Source: Cyanophora paradoxa CCMP329
Taxonomy: Eukaryota > Plantae > Glaucophyta
NCBI GenBank assembly: GCA_004431415.1
Contig: QPMI01000085.1
Coordinates: forward strand, 62,001-126,000
DNA length: 64,000 nucleotides
Direction: 5' to 3'
The translations under genes and the position numbers were made by a program. Below are positions 46,937 through 59,300 of the stretch, piece by piece. The notes under the pieces were generated by a model, which made no database searches, was not told the DNA's origin, and saw only the letters and a list, made by a program, of their open reading frames with translations. The stretch's first letter is position 1; each line of letters begins with the position of its first letter.

Positions 46937-48827
46937 TTACTTGCGGAAGGCCTGGGACTGGTAGGTGGACTCGAAGATCTTGTCGGCGTTGGCGACCTCG
47001 AAGCCGTCGCGACGGTGCTCCTCGCGGATGTCCGCCGGGGCGATGCGGGCGAACTTCGGCAGCACCAGCCGCTCCGCGAACTCGATGTACGAGCCCGGGA
47101 TGACGCGCTCCTCGCCCCCCGCGAAGCGCATCGACACCTGCCGCCCACGTCACCAACCCGCTTTGCGGGGAGCCGCGTCAGCTGCGGCGCGCGAGCCCCC
47201 ACCTTGTCCGCAACCGTGGAGCTCTGCTTGAGGAGACCGTCCTCGCTCGTCTTGATCTCGCCGGCGCTGTTGTTCAGCAGGAAGCCTGCGCGCGATGTCG
47301 GCGACGGGCGACCGTGCGGCGAGCACAGCGCTTGCAAGGGCCGGCACCCTTCTCCTTGAGGAAGGCGCTGAGCTTCTCGAGCGAGTTGTATTGGCGCATG
47401 AGGTGGACCGCCACCGTGATGTGGTTGAACGCTGCACGGTGCAGACTCGGAATGCAGGCCCGGGGAGAAGCGCGAAAGAGAGGGGGGAGGGGGGGAGGGA
47501 GGGAGGAAGGGGGGGGGGGGAAGGGGGGGGGGGTGAGGAGAGGGGGAAGCGCACCGTACGCGTTGACCAGCGTCCACGACGCGTACTCGCTTTCGGCGTC
47601 TGAAGGGGGGTGCGGCATCAGGGCCCCAGGCCTTCGAGCGGCAGGCGGGACGGAGGTTTGGAGGCGCACTGAGGGCCTCGTAGTCGGCGAGGGTGGGCGT
47701 AGGCCAGGGGCGCGCCTCGAGCACGGAGGACAGGATGGCGTAGCGCGAGGTCGCGACATCCGCCTCCTTCAGGTACTTGTCCAGAATGAGCTGCCGCCCG
47801 GCCCCGTCAGCCCTCGCCCCCCGCACCAGCGGGCCTGCGGCCCGCACCTGGCTCTTGCTCGACAGCTCCGGCACGATGATCTCTGCGACGCATCAGCGTC
47901 AGACCCCGCGGACCCAGGGCGGCCGGCACTCGCGATCACCCGAGATGAAGATTCGCGTCATCTGCGCGGGTTCATCGGTCAAATCGGCGCGGAGGCTGAG
48001 ACTGAGCGCGGTCTACCTCGGGCTGGGGCGGCTTGTACCAGAAGGCGCGCAGGTGCTTGTCCTGCACCGCGGTTGAGTGGGTATGAGAGGCACAGGAGGG
48101 GTTTGAGTGGATCGCGCCAAGTGTCTTGGTGGACGTGCGAGCGTCCCACTAAGCCGAGAAAAACAAGCACCTTGAAATGGAGCTCGTCCATTCTCTGGTA
48201 GCCACTATCGAGGATGACCGGCTCTGCGGCGAAGGGCACGCGTCAAGAGCGCTTCCAGCGCCGCCGAGGAAAACGCCAGAGTACGCACCCATTGCAGCGA
48301 TGCCGAGACCCTTGCTCCCCTGGAGCAACCGCACGTCAGCCCCCCTCAACAAGTTCGTTGGGCCCTAGCTGCTCAAGCTTCGTCACTCACGAATGTGCGG
48401 AACGCGATGTGGTCATTGCGAATGTGCTCTCCGGCTTTCGCAAGCTCTTGAATCTGCGGGGATCGCCGGCAAGTCACAATCGCCGGCGGCAGGGGCCAGG
48501 GCGGCTGAAGGCTGAAGCCGGACGTTGGTGGGGACTATGAGATCGGCGCAGGCTTCTCTAGGCGAGATAGGCTGAGAAAAGATCCCATGGGACGTGCTCC
48601 GCTTATCGCGCTAGATTGCTAACAGCCGCGAGCAAGAGTGGCCGGTTGACGGAGGGAGCGCCGCCGTTCGCCGGCCATTGATCGCCGAGTTCGGTTAAGG
48701 TCTAAAGCTACGTGAAACGCGGATCGGGGGACGGGCAGCTGCACACCAGGCGGCCGGCGGACGGCGTCCTCTTGAAGTAGAGCTCCTGCGAACGAGAGAT
48801 GAAGGCCTGCAGCAGCCGGATGCCCAT
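46937..48827 (-). CDS. DUF1338 family 2-oxoadipate dioxygenase/decarboxylase (HglS/YdcJ/FLO7-like)
   Basis: ELYFKRTPSAGRL|IQELAKAGEHIRNDHIAFRTF (intron 48746-48454), HLRAFWY, ESEYASWTLVNAY|AFNHITV, GEIKTSEDGLLKQSSTVAD, IPGSYIEFAER, RRDGFEVANADKIFEST. Confidence 0.92.
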
Positions 48828-49190
48828 CTTGAGTCGAACGTGCGGCGGACGCGGCGATGACGAGTGATCGGCCGACTGATCGGGGGGGACGGTGCAGCGT
48901 CAGCTAGTTCGCGCCGCGGATAAAAACACAGCGTACACGGCTTTCTGCGGGCGGCCGCGGGACGCCGGGGACGAGGGGGGCCGGGCACAGGATTTCGACA
49001 GATGGCGGCAGGGTACAGGGAGCGTTCAGCGGCCGCGCGTTTAAGTGTGCATACGCCGTTCCAGAACACAGCACGAGTGCGCGCGCGTTCCCTCGTAAAA
49101 ACGCAGAGCGCGGTTCCACGCAGCGCGGCAGGCACTTTAGAAGACGGGCACGGCGCTGCTCTTGTTGATTGATCTCCGCAACTCCTTCCG

Positions 49191-50652
49191 ATGTCGTTCC
49201 ACGGCGTGCTGGGCTTCGCTTTCCGAGCCGGTGGGCGCAGCGCTGACGGAGCATCGATATCCACAGTGCCGTCTGATGCGCCTGCGCAGTTGCCTCGGCG
49301 ACCTCCGTGCTTGCTCCCACGAGCGAAAGCAAATTTAGCGACTCCGAGCGGCGCCTGCTCAGCATCGCTAATTTCGACGCGCGCGTCGCTGTGCGCGTCA
49401 AAGGCGGCGTCCGCGAGCTCGTCTTCGGTGAAGGCGCGGGGAAACAGCACCTGGTCCTGCTGGTGAGTGCGAGCCGCTGCAGCGGCTCCCCTCGCGCTCT
49501 GAGTCGACGTCGCACGCCCGCCCAGCACGGCTTTGGCGCAGGGGCCGCGATTTGGTACAGAATGATCGCCCTGCTGTCTTCCCAATTCGTCGTCCACGCG
49601 CTGGACTGGAGCGTCAACCGGGTGAAGTTCGACGGTGGCCCTAAGGCCACGGAGACGGAGCTTGTGCGCAGTTTTCTTTTCTGAAAAATACAGCGCCAAA
49701 ACTTCGTCGTGCAGGTGAACCTGGTCGAGCGCTGGCGCGAAGGCGCAGCAATTGAGAGCTTTTCGATTTTGGGGCATTCCCTCGGAGGTCAGCGCCCAGC
49801 CCATCGCCACTCGCTCTCAGCTGCATAGCCGATCTGATCTCTTCTCAGGGACCGTCGCTGCTCTGTACTCACTCTCGCACCCAAAACGGGTCGCCAGTCT
49901 TGTCCTGGCCTCCCCGGCCGGGATCTCCCACGGCGGGGCCATCGATCCGATCGCTGACGAATGCATCGATGAGCCTGTGTGCACCCCTCTCCACTCTCTG
50001 CTCCGAGCATTGCCGGCCCCTGTGACTGCTGGCAGCCTCCTGCATCAGCACCGCTGGCGTGGAAGGCCGTGCACAGCCTCTGGCTAGCGAACGTGTCGCC
50101 TCAGTTTTTTGTACGGGGGATGGGGCCCTTTGGCCCCCGGCTTGTGGAGCGTTACGTCGAACAGCGGTACAGGACCATCCCCGACGAGGAGCGTGACGCC
50201 CTGAAGGATTTCCTCTTCCACTCGTGCGCCCCACTTACTGCTTTCATATCTGGGCTGTTTAATTTTGCCGCAGCTTTGTTCGGCCTGGCGATCATTCCTA
50301 CTTCAATAGGATGATGAGCCCACGTGTGCAACTCCGGCGAACACTGACAACGCGACTGACGGCTCTGAGCACGCAAGCTGCTTTCATTTACGGCGACCGC
50401 GACTGGATGTACTCGGATGCTGTGGAAGGTGTCTGCCAGGCACTGGCGTTGCGCGGACTATCGAGCCCACACCCCATGTTCGTGCCGCGCTCCGGTCATC
50501 AGCTTCCGATTGACAATCCCGACGCTTTCGCGCAAATCGTTCTTGTGGCGTTGCGCGAAGCCGCCGCTCGCGACCAGCCGGCCCAGGCACCCAGCGGCCG
50601 CAGTCGGTCGCCAGGCCCTCGCGAGGAAGCGGTTGTTGATCATGAGGAGTAG
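49191..50652 (+). CDS. Alpha/beta hydrolase of the ABHD4/ABHD5/Ict1/Cld1 type; start uncertain
   Basis: LVLL|HGFGAGAAIW, VHALDW, LGHSLG|G nucleophile elbow, LVLASPAG, PQFFVRGMGPFGP, FIYGDRDWM, GHQLPIDNP (HX4D). Confidence 0.9.
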
Positions 50653-50689
50653 GCCCAGGTTTTCGAATTCATTTCTGATGTTTGTCTGC

Positions 50690-50737
50690 ATCTTGACACG
50701 TGATGTTTGCTAGCTTGCTGTTAACTAGCAGCACATC
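50690..50737. repeat. Second copy of the post-stop hairpin motif seen at 2651-2710
   Basis: Shares tgaca(c/t)gtgatgtt(t/c)gctagc...tgttaactag...cagcacatc; lies 38 nt after the ABHD stop. Confidence 0.6.
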
Positions 50738-51230
50738 GGTATCTAGATCTGTAGCCTAGTAGGCTACACCGGGTGACACTTGCAATGATCATGAGTAGGC
50801 TACTTATATATAGTTATTGCTATAGCCCTAGTAGATAGGTAGCTTTCATGTACGTATACAGATCTAGATGACCATGCACGGGATCCGGATCGCGATATCC
50901 GGCACGCGCAGCTGCAGCGCTAGCTGCAGTATCGATATCGATCAGCTTTGTTGATGCAGTAGTATACGTACCACGGTACATATACTCACAGCATATACGT
51001 GCTAGAGTTAACAGTCAATTGCAATCGTATTAAGCGTGCTATAGCATGCCATAAGGGACCATAGTTTATATAGGACCGCAAGTTTAATCTTCTCTTACCA
51101 AAAATAAATAATCTTCTCTTGAAATTACCGTACAGGCACACGACGAAAATTAAACAAAAGCAGGGGACTCGGAAGCAAAGAGCAAATTGCGAAAGAAGTT
51201 GCTGTCGAGCTGGCGGAGCGCGCCTCATGA

Positions 51231-52807
51231 TCAGCAGTGCCTACATGAATCGTGATCGGGCTCGGGGGACTCGGATCGGCGCGGGTCAGGGACACGGGGC
51301 GCCGGAGGGGCGCGAGCCACTGCTTCTTCCACCCGCTTGAGCCGCCGGTCAATGACCTGCACAATCATTACCACCGGCCCTCATGGCCGTGGTTTTTGGC
51401 CCAAAAGCACCTCGGTGAGCAGCTTCACGTCACGCCTGAGATCACCAAGAAGCCTGCGAGGCGTGGTCAGCGATGCAAACTTCAGGCGCCTCTCCGCCCA
51501 AACTTGACATCAATGCGTACCCCGCGGTGCGCTCAGCCGAGCGCTCAATGTGGTACAGAGAGTCCTCCTTCACGCGGTTCGATCGCTTCGTCTCCACAAG
51601 CTTCGTGTTCTACGGAAGAGTGTCAGTGCGGCGAACGGCCAGGCCCACAATGCGTTCACCTGCATTTCCAGTAGCCGTTCGCGGTCTTGCTCCTGTAGAA
51701 GCGCATCAGCCAGCCCGGAAATCTTATTGCAGACGCTCGAACGCGCCTGCTGCAGGAGGAGAAGGTGCTTATCGTAGTCCTCGGAGCCGACGATAGCGTT
51801 GTGCATCTCCCGCAAGCCTGCGACCAGTGCAATGGTCTCCTCTGCAAGACTCCCGTACCATGCCGCTTGCCCTCTGCCGGGGTGGTAAACCGCGCATGCT
51901 GGGGAGCGACGAGGTCGGAACCATACCGATCATCCGAGGACGAGGACTCAGAGGCAAGACGGCAGGCGGCCTGCTCGAGGCGGCTTGCAGCCGCATCGAC
52001 TGCCCGCGCGTACACCACGAGGCGGTATGCCACGTACGGGAACCTATGGAAAGGGGCGGGGATCAGCTGAGAGTAGAGCTCGCGGATCAGGGGGGCACGA
52101 ACCGCCGCAGGACGGTGTCCCGAAGGGATGAGTGGTCGCGGACAAACATGTCGTACTCGGCGATAAGAGTGCCCTCTTCCGCTCGCAGAACCCATAGCTG
52201 AACGTACGCGTAGTGCACGCGCAGCCATGCAGCCAAAGCTCCCGTAATACGCTCAATGTCGACGGCACGCCCTATCAGCTCTTCGATCTGCAGAACGTGT
52301 TTGCCCAGAAACAGAACAATTTCCGGCGCTTGGGGGGTCACCTGCTCGCGGATGGCGGGCGCGCCAGCGTGATGATTTGCCCGCTGGACGAGCTGGCTGG
52401 TCTTTGCGGCAAGCCGCTGACCCTCTGCCACGTCTGCATCCGAGAACACCTTCTCGTGGATCCACACGGCGAGCTTGTCAAGATTCTCCCTGCTCAGCTC
52501 CACGGGCTGCGCCAGTCGCTTCTTAGGACAGGTGCGCACGCGTTCTGCAATCCACCAGGGATCCCGCAGGATCGCGCACCCCATCGAGCACATCGCGGAC
52601 GTACTGCAGCGGGTCTGCGAGACGAGCTTGGTAGATACGCAGCTCCTCCTCGGCGGCGCTGCAAGGGCAATTCAGGCGCGAGGGGGGGGCGCGGAAGCAG
52701 TCTCGGCACCTGAGCTCCTGCTGGATGCAGGACTCCTGGAACTGCACCACAAAGTGGCGCACGATCAGAGCCGCGCCGACGGCAACGCCAGCCCAGACGT
52801 GAAGCAT
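51231..52807 (-). CDS. Hypothetical protein with hydrophobic N-terminus and helical/coiled-coil body
   Basis: About 8 exons separated by host-type GT-AG introns: MLHVWAGVAVGAALIVRHFVVQFQES...EEELRIYQARL...IEELIGRAVDIERI...EQDRERLLEMQ...VIDRRLKRVEEAVAR...CRHC*. No known domain recognised. Confidence 0.65.
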
Positions 52808-53318
52808 TAGCCTCGGCTGCACGGTCGGGTTCTACGGTGAGAGCGTCGATTTCCGATCGTCTGCTTTTGATTCTACGCGCCCAGTCCTGGGAGAGCTGTG
52901 CGGCCGGCTTACAAGGGTAGCTTCTCCGCGCTCGCTAGAGGGGATAGATTCAGCCCGGCACAAGTGCCGACGCAGCCCTCGAAGTTCGTGCTTGCGGTTG
53001 GGTACACACTTTCGCCCCGCAGCGGTGTGTGTGAAGCAATTGCAAGCAGCAGCGTCGCCGCGCTGCTCAGCAGCTGTAGGCTCCGTAGAGCGTGTGGACT
53101 GCTTGGAGGTCCCAGAGCGCGCGATAAATTTGAATTACGCCGGTTACACGGCGATCTCCCCCGGCGACGCAGCCGGGCGGCATCCTCGCCGCGCCCGCAT
53201 CCCAGCGTGCAGTCAGAAACACGCGCAGCAGTTGAAGGGGCGGCCGCGCAGCGATCATCGCGCGCCCACCTCCCGACCGCGAGCGCGGAGTAGATAACGC
53301 GTGCCCGACGACTCGCCC

Positions 53319-56300
53319 ATGTCGTCGGCACTTCGTACGCGAACGTTGGCACCCGCGGCGCCCCCTGTTGCGAGGGCGGCGTGGCCGTCCCCGGTGAATT
53401 CGCGGTTGCTGCAGGACGCGCCCTTGCAGGCCGTGACCGGAAAGGACGCCACGTTCACAATTCAGCTGCGGGATGACAACTGCGCACCAGTGGCAGGTGC
53501 GACGTCGCCCGCAGCAATCGCCCGCTAGCGCTGCTCACACCGTGCGCAGGTGCTGCTGATGCGCTCCTCAAGGTTGACGTTCGCGGTCCGAGCAAACCCG
53601 CTGCGCTGACCGTGGAGACCGCGGGCGCAAGCGCCGGGGGCGATGAGGACGACACTGGAGCTTACCAGCTGCGGCTGCGCCTCCCGATGTCGGGAGCCTA
53701 CCAGCTTCACGTCAATGTTGTAACGCCGGCCGGACTTCGACCCATCGCCAGCAGTCCGGTGCGCTCTTTGATTGATTTACCTACGGCGGTTTCTCATTCC
53801 GTTTTCTCCCAGATCGAGCTGAAGGTTGGGCCCCCAGCTGCGTACGCTCCACTGTCTTTTGCGACGGGCGGAGCTACGTCTTCTGGTGTTCTGGGGCGCG
53901 AAAATCGCTTCTCCGTTCAGCTCGTCGTGAGTGTTGCATTATTTTGAGATGTTGAGCGCTCCAGACATCCTGCCGTAGGATCAACTGGGAACGCATTGGA
54001 CTAAAGGCGGAGAGAAACTCACCTCTACAATCCGAGGGCCGGATGGGCCATTTGCTCCAGAGACGACTGTTGTCGAGACGCGCCCTGGGCTCTTTGAAAT
54101 ACGCTACATGGCTGAGCAGTACGGAGGTATGGGCGGCACCACGCCAGATTTTCTAGATCTTGTTTACAGTGTGCTCACTCAAGCTTCGATGTCAGATCAC
54201 ACTCTCGCCGTGACACTTGCTGGGCGCCACATTGCTGGATCTCCTTTCAATATCTTGATTGCCAAAGGTATAGCAGTAGAATTTCTCACCGCCCGCCAAA
54301 TGTAATTTGTGCTGACGTTGTTGCGCAGATGGCGCCATCCCACGTAATTGCACCGTCGAGGGCGCTGGAATCACTGCAATGATTGCTGGCCAGAAGAGTC
54401 GCTTCCGCGTGCAGGCCCGTGACGCTGCTGGCAACGATGTTGGCAGTGCTGGATCTGGAGAATTTGAGGTTCGCTTGGAGCGCGATGGCGCTCTGATGCC
54501 GTGGAACGTGGACTGGACAAAGAGAGACAGCATTCACGAAGCAGAGGTGGTGGTACCGACGGCTGGCGCATACTTACTACACATCACCCTGGACAATCTA
54601 CCCATCTCCGGCAGTCCTTTCCCGCTACTCGTCTCGCCAGGTACGACCCGATCCTCCTTGCATACCCAATTTGCGAGTCTCGCGATCGGTTGACTCTTAG
54701 CGTCTGGCAGGAACCATATCTGCGACTCGATCAGAACTGGTCATCAGCGGTTTGGGGGCCAACGATTCCGTTGTCGCTGGCACGGAAGTTGGTTTGGCGT
54801 GCAGTGGTCGTGACGATTTCGGCAACGAATGCGGATGTGTGGGTGTCGAGTACTCGGCCAAGGGCCCAACCGGCGAAGACATGGTGCTGAGAGTCGCAGG
54901 AGACAGCGCTGTGATGCGACCCCAGTCTTCTGGCCGATACATTATCAGCGCTTCTGTGGCCGGCGTCCCCGTCGGGAGCCCGGTCACCATCCTCGTGACG
55001 TCATCTACAACGGATCCACTTCGCTGCCAGGTATGCCGCGATTGAAAGCGTTGGCGCTCGTTGGTCGCGCAGCTGCTCATTTATTTCATGTTTTTCCCCC
55101 GACAGGTGTCAGGGCACGGTCTGCAGTTCGCATCAGTCGGATCGTCTGCCTCGTTATCACTCATCGCCTTCGATGGGTACGCGTTGAATTTGCTTCAGTC
55201 TGGGAACTTGACGGTGCCTGCGCTATATACAAATGGTATCCTGTATCTTCACGCAGGTTCGGAAACCGCCGAACAAGTGGTGGTGATTGTGTGGAGGCTT
55301 TTTGGAAGCAGTGTGATGCGGTTCACAACGCTTGCGTTGTGGACCACGATGACGGCACGTACTCCATCTCGTACACGCCGCACAGCCCAGATGTCGGACA
55401 GCTTGAGATTCGCATCCGCGATATATCGATTCCCAAGTCGCCGTTCAAGATCTCCGTCCTCGCACCGACTGTCGCGAGCAAATGGTAATCTGCTTTCGTC
55501 ATGCGTGTGATAATATGAGGCTCTATACTCACAAGATTCTGTGCAGTACAATCGAGAGCGGGGTCACCTCCCTGGAAGCGGGCTCCGTTCTTAGCCTGCG
55601 GATTGCGGCCCGGGATGAGGAGGGCAGGCTCAAATCCTGCGGCGGGGAATCCGGGTCGTTTACTGTTCTCCTTGTCGGGCCGTCAGATATCCCACCCGCT
55701 CACCCAGAGGACTTGGAAGACGGTTTCTATTTCTGCTCCAAATCTCTTCGCCCCATCCTTGCCGGCCCCCACTCCGTGCACGCCCTGTACAACGGCGAAC
55801 ACATTTCCGGCTCTCCTCTGTCGCTTCAAGTCTTTGCTAGCCGACTTGATTCCAGCAGAAGTCAGGCGTGTGTCCCGCAATCCGCTGTTGCTGGCTCTAA
55901 GTTCGAAGTAACCATCGTGTGCCGTGATGCGGTGAGCACAGCTTGTGTATCGACGTGATTCTGGCATGGGTGCTTATTCCATTGTGCGTGCGTACACAGC
56001 ATGGCAACAGAACGTGGGTGGGATCTGAACTGTTGACGCTTCGTTTCCGGGGTCCGAACAGCTTTGCAGTCACTCAAGTGAGCCAGCGGACGGAGTCTGG
56101 CGTGACTTTCTTCACCGACATTCGTGCTGCGGGCGTTTACGAGGTTGATGTCTTCGCTGGGTCCACGCCTTTGCCCGGATCCCCGTATCCGCTGCTCGTT
56201 CAGGCAGGACCAACATGCCCAGAGCGTTGTGAGGTTCTTCTGGGCAACTCTACTATCGTGGCCGGTGAACAAGCTACTGGCTCCGTTCTGTTGCGCGATG

Positions 56301-59300
56301 AGTTTGGAAACGAGAAGAACTATGGCGAAGATGCTCTTCGTATCTGTCTTCTGGGGCCTGGCGGAAGGGCCTTGCAAGCCCATGTTGCGGTGAGATATTT
56401 TCCATGTTGCTTTTTGCATCGCCTCATATGCATGAAGGCCACCGAGGAGGGTTGCGTATTTTCCTGCACGCCTTCATTCTCAGGGCAGTACACTTTGTGC
56501 CTCTTCGTCAACGAGAAGCCCGTGGACGGCGGAAAGCTTGTTGTCCAGCCCGGCCCTGCTTGGCCGGATGCTTGCGAGGTGAACGTGAACTCGACTTGCA
56601 CGGTGGCAGGATCTTTGTTCGACTTCACCATCTCGACCAGCGACAGGGTGCGAAATTGTATTGCACGAGGGATGGATGCAATTGAATAATTGCATAAACG
56701 CAGCACCGCAACCGCACTTCCTCGAGTTTGGACATCATCGCCGAAGGCCCTACCGTTTGCACGGCGGATTTCGTTACGGGGGACGATGGTGCCGGCACAT
56801 TCTCTCTCCGCATTCCGCTTCCAGGGAAATATCGGCTGAGTGCTCGCATTTCTGGCGCCCACATCGTCGGGTCCCCGGTTGAGTTCGAAGCCACAAGCGC
56901 GCCAGCAGCGGGCTTGCGTCTGGCCTGCGACTCTCTCTGTTTCACAGCCGGAGAGGAGACGGTTATCGAGTTGCAGGCAGTGGACGTTGAGGGACGCAAC
57001 TTCTCTGGGGATCTCAGCTCCACGGACGATCTTGAATTGGACATCAGCGGACCAGGTCCTGCAAATGGCACCCTAATGGCGGACATTGCCGGGCGCTATC
57101 GTCTGTGCTGGCGAGCCATGATCACCGGGCATTATCAGGTGTCGATTGCCAGCAAGTCGAATCCCAGCGCTTCGCCGCTGTCCTTTTCAGTGACGGTCGT
57201 CTCTTCACCACTCGCACATGGCCCGTCTTGCGTCGTCCACGAGCCATCCCACGCTGTTGCCAGCGAGCCCGCCCTGTTCAAAATCGCGCTGCACGACAGA
57301 TACGGCAACAAGCTCGACACTGGCAGTGCGAAGGTCGAAGTGCGCCCAGCCGGCATCATCGAGCCAGCGATGTGGAAATCGTCAGCACGCGATCTGACGA
57401 ATGGTGCCCTCGGCCATCGTTTACCCCCATAACCCATCCCCGCGCCAGCTCCTTCTCACGCGCGTGGTCGGGGTTAGGGATATTCGAGATAGACATCTCC
57501 ATCGAGAGGGCCGGTCGGTGGGCTTTCATGGTATTGGTGGACGGCTGTGTTGCGGGCATTGGACTTTTCCACGTCGATGTAATCGCTGCAGCCGCATCGC
57601 CAAAGACGAGCATGCTCAAGTGCCACAGCGACCTCTTCGCTGGATCTGAGCTCGCAGCCACACTTCAAGCCTTCGACGCCTTTGGTGCTGCATTGCACTT
57701 TGCTTTCAACGCGACGGCCTTCGTAACGTCTGCGGCACAGGGAACGCAGCAACCGCCTCGGATGAGGAGCTGGAGGCCGCTCTCGTGCCCGAGTTTGAGG
57801 GGGTACCTCTACCGGCATCTTTGCAACGAATTGCACCAGGGTTTGCGCCCCGGGCCTGCCAATGAAGTTCTGCTGATCCGCACCGACAGATCGTTCTCCT
57901 TGCATTGTGCTCCAACGCTGGTAGGGAAGTACCGGGTGGTCGTGAAGCTTTGCGGAACAGCCCTTAGCGGGCCGGGGAGCGATCAGCTCGTTGAAGTCCG
58001 TCCTGGATCCGTCGCAAGCATTGCTGTTGGATTCGCTGAAAGCCAAATTGTCGCGGGAACTTACTTGTCGGCTCCAATTCACCGGCTTGATGCCTATGGG
58101 AACGGTTCGCCATGAAGAGTTACCTCGACCCCCCCGCCCCCCCGTCCGCCCCCTCCTTCCACCCTCCGCCCCCCCTCCTCCCCCCCCCCCCCCCCCCCCC
58201 CCATTCCCCTCCCGAACCCTGCAAACTACATCCTTTCACCCAGCCATCCACCCTCTTCTCCCCTCCTCCCCTCCTTTTACCCACCCTTTACCCCATCCCC
58301 TCTCCTGCCCCTTCTTTCCACTGGTCTAAAGGGGTCGATCTGATGTCTGAGCGCAGCGACATTATGGGACTCGGGGCCGCTGCAGGCGAAAATAGAGCCT
58401 TTCCACCCTGACGACACCGAGTGTTCTGTCACAACCACCGACGGCGAATCTCGTGAGTGTCTCGAATGCAGCTTTGTTCGTATTGCGCGACTGACTATTC
58501 ACGCAAGGACTCGTCGTCTGCGCCCGACGTGCTGGAGTGTATCGCATCTCCTTCTCTTCCGTCCAGCCCTTGCCGTCTTCTTCGTGAGACCCTCTTAACG
58601 GAGTCATCGTTTCGGCTCCGTGCGCTAATTCTTGTCGTACAGGGGTGACCAGATGGAGTTGCAAGTGCTTCCAGCTGCGTTGCGCAAGGCAGTTCCGATC
58701 CTACCGCCGCTGAACACACTTGTAGCTGGCACTGAATTCCGCATTCCCCTCCGCTGTGAAGACAGCGTGCGTACCAAGCCTCGCTGAGCTCCGAATCGCG
58801 TTTAGCAGGGTCTAAAATGCCCCCAGTTCGGAAACACTGTGCTCGACGTCGAGGGTCTGAGGGCCACTCTGCTTGGCCCTGTCGAGCGTGCTGATCTCGT
58901 TGTCGAGTCCAGCGACGGCGGCCTCGTCGCCTCAGGCCGCGTCACTGCTGCAGCCAGTTACCGTCTGTGCCTCCACGCGTGCGGAGAGGCGGTGGAAGTT
59001 CCCTTCGTGATCAGCCCTGGCCCTCCGCATGTCCCAGCTACCCGCATCTCGCTCGCCGCCCGCGCTCTTGTGGCTGGCGACCCCGTCTCTGCGGCTGTGG
59101 AGCTCTTCGACAAGTTCGGCAATCCCGTTCCCATCGACGCGGGAGCCGTGACGGGGGTCGCCTGCATTGGAGGGGCGGAGGTCCCCATTCGTGCCGCCGA
59201 TCGTAACTCCCGTCTCGGTATGAACAGTCTCACTCTCTCGCTTCCGTCCGTGGAGCGTGCGGGCGAGTGGAACCTTCGAGTTTCTGTGGATGGGGAGCCT

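Noticed and set aside
48695-49810. 371-aa minus-strand ORF
   Set aside because: It is antisense to the ABHD exons, spans the divergent promoter, and has no recognisable domain.
27473-50652. Functional gene cluster or prokaryotic operon
   Set aside because: The genes are spliced, on alternating strands and functionally unrelated housekeeping genes.
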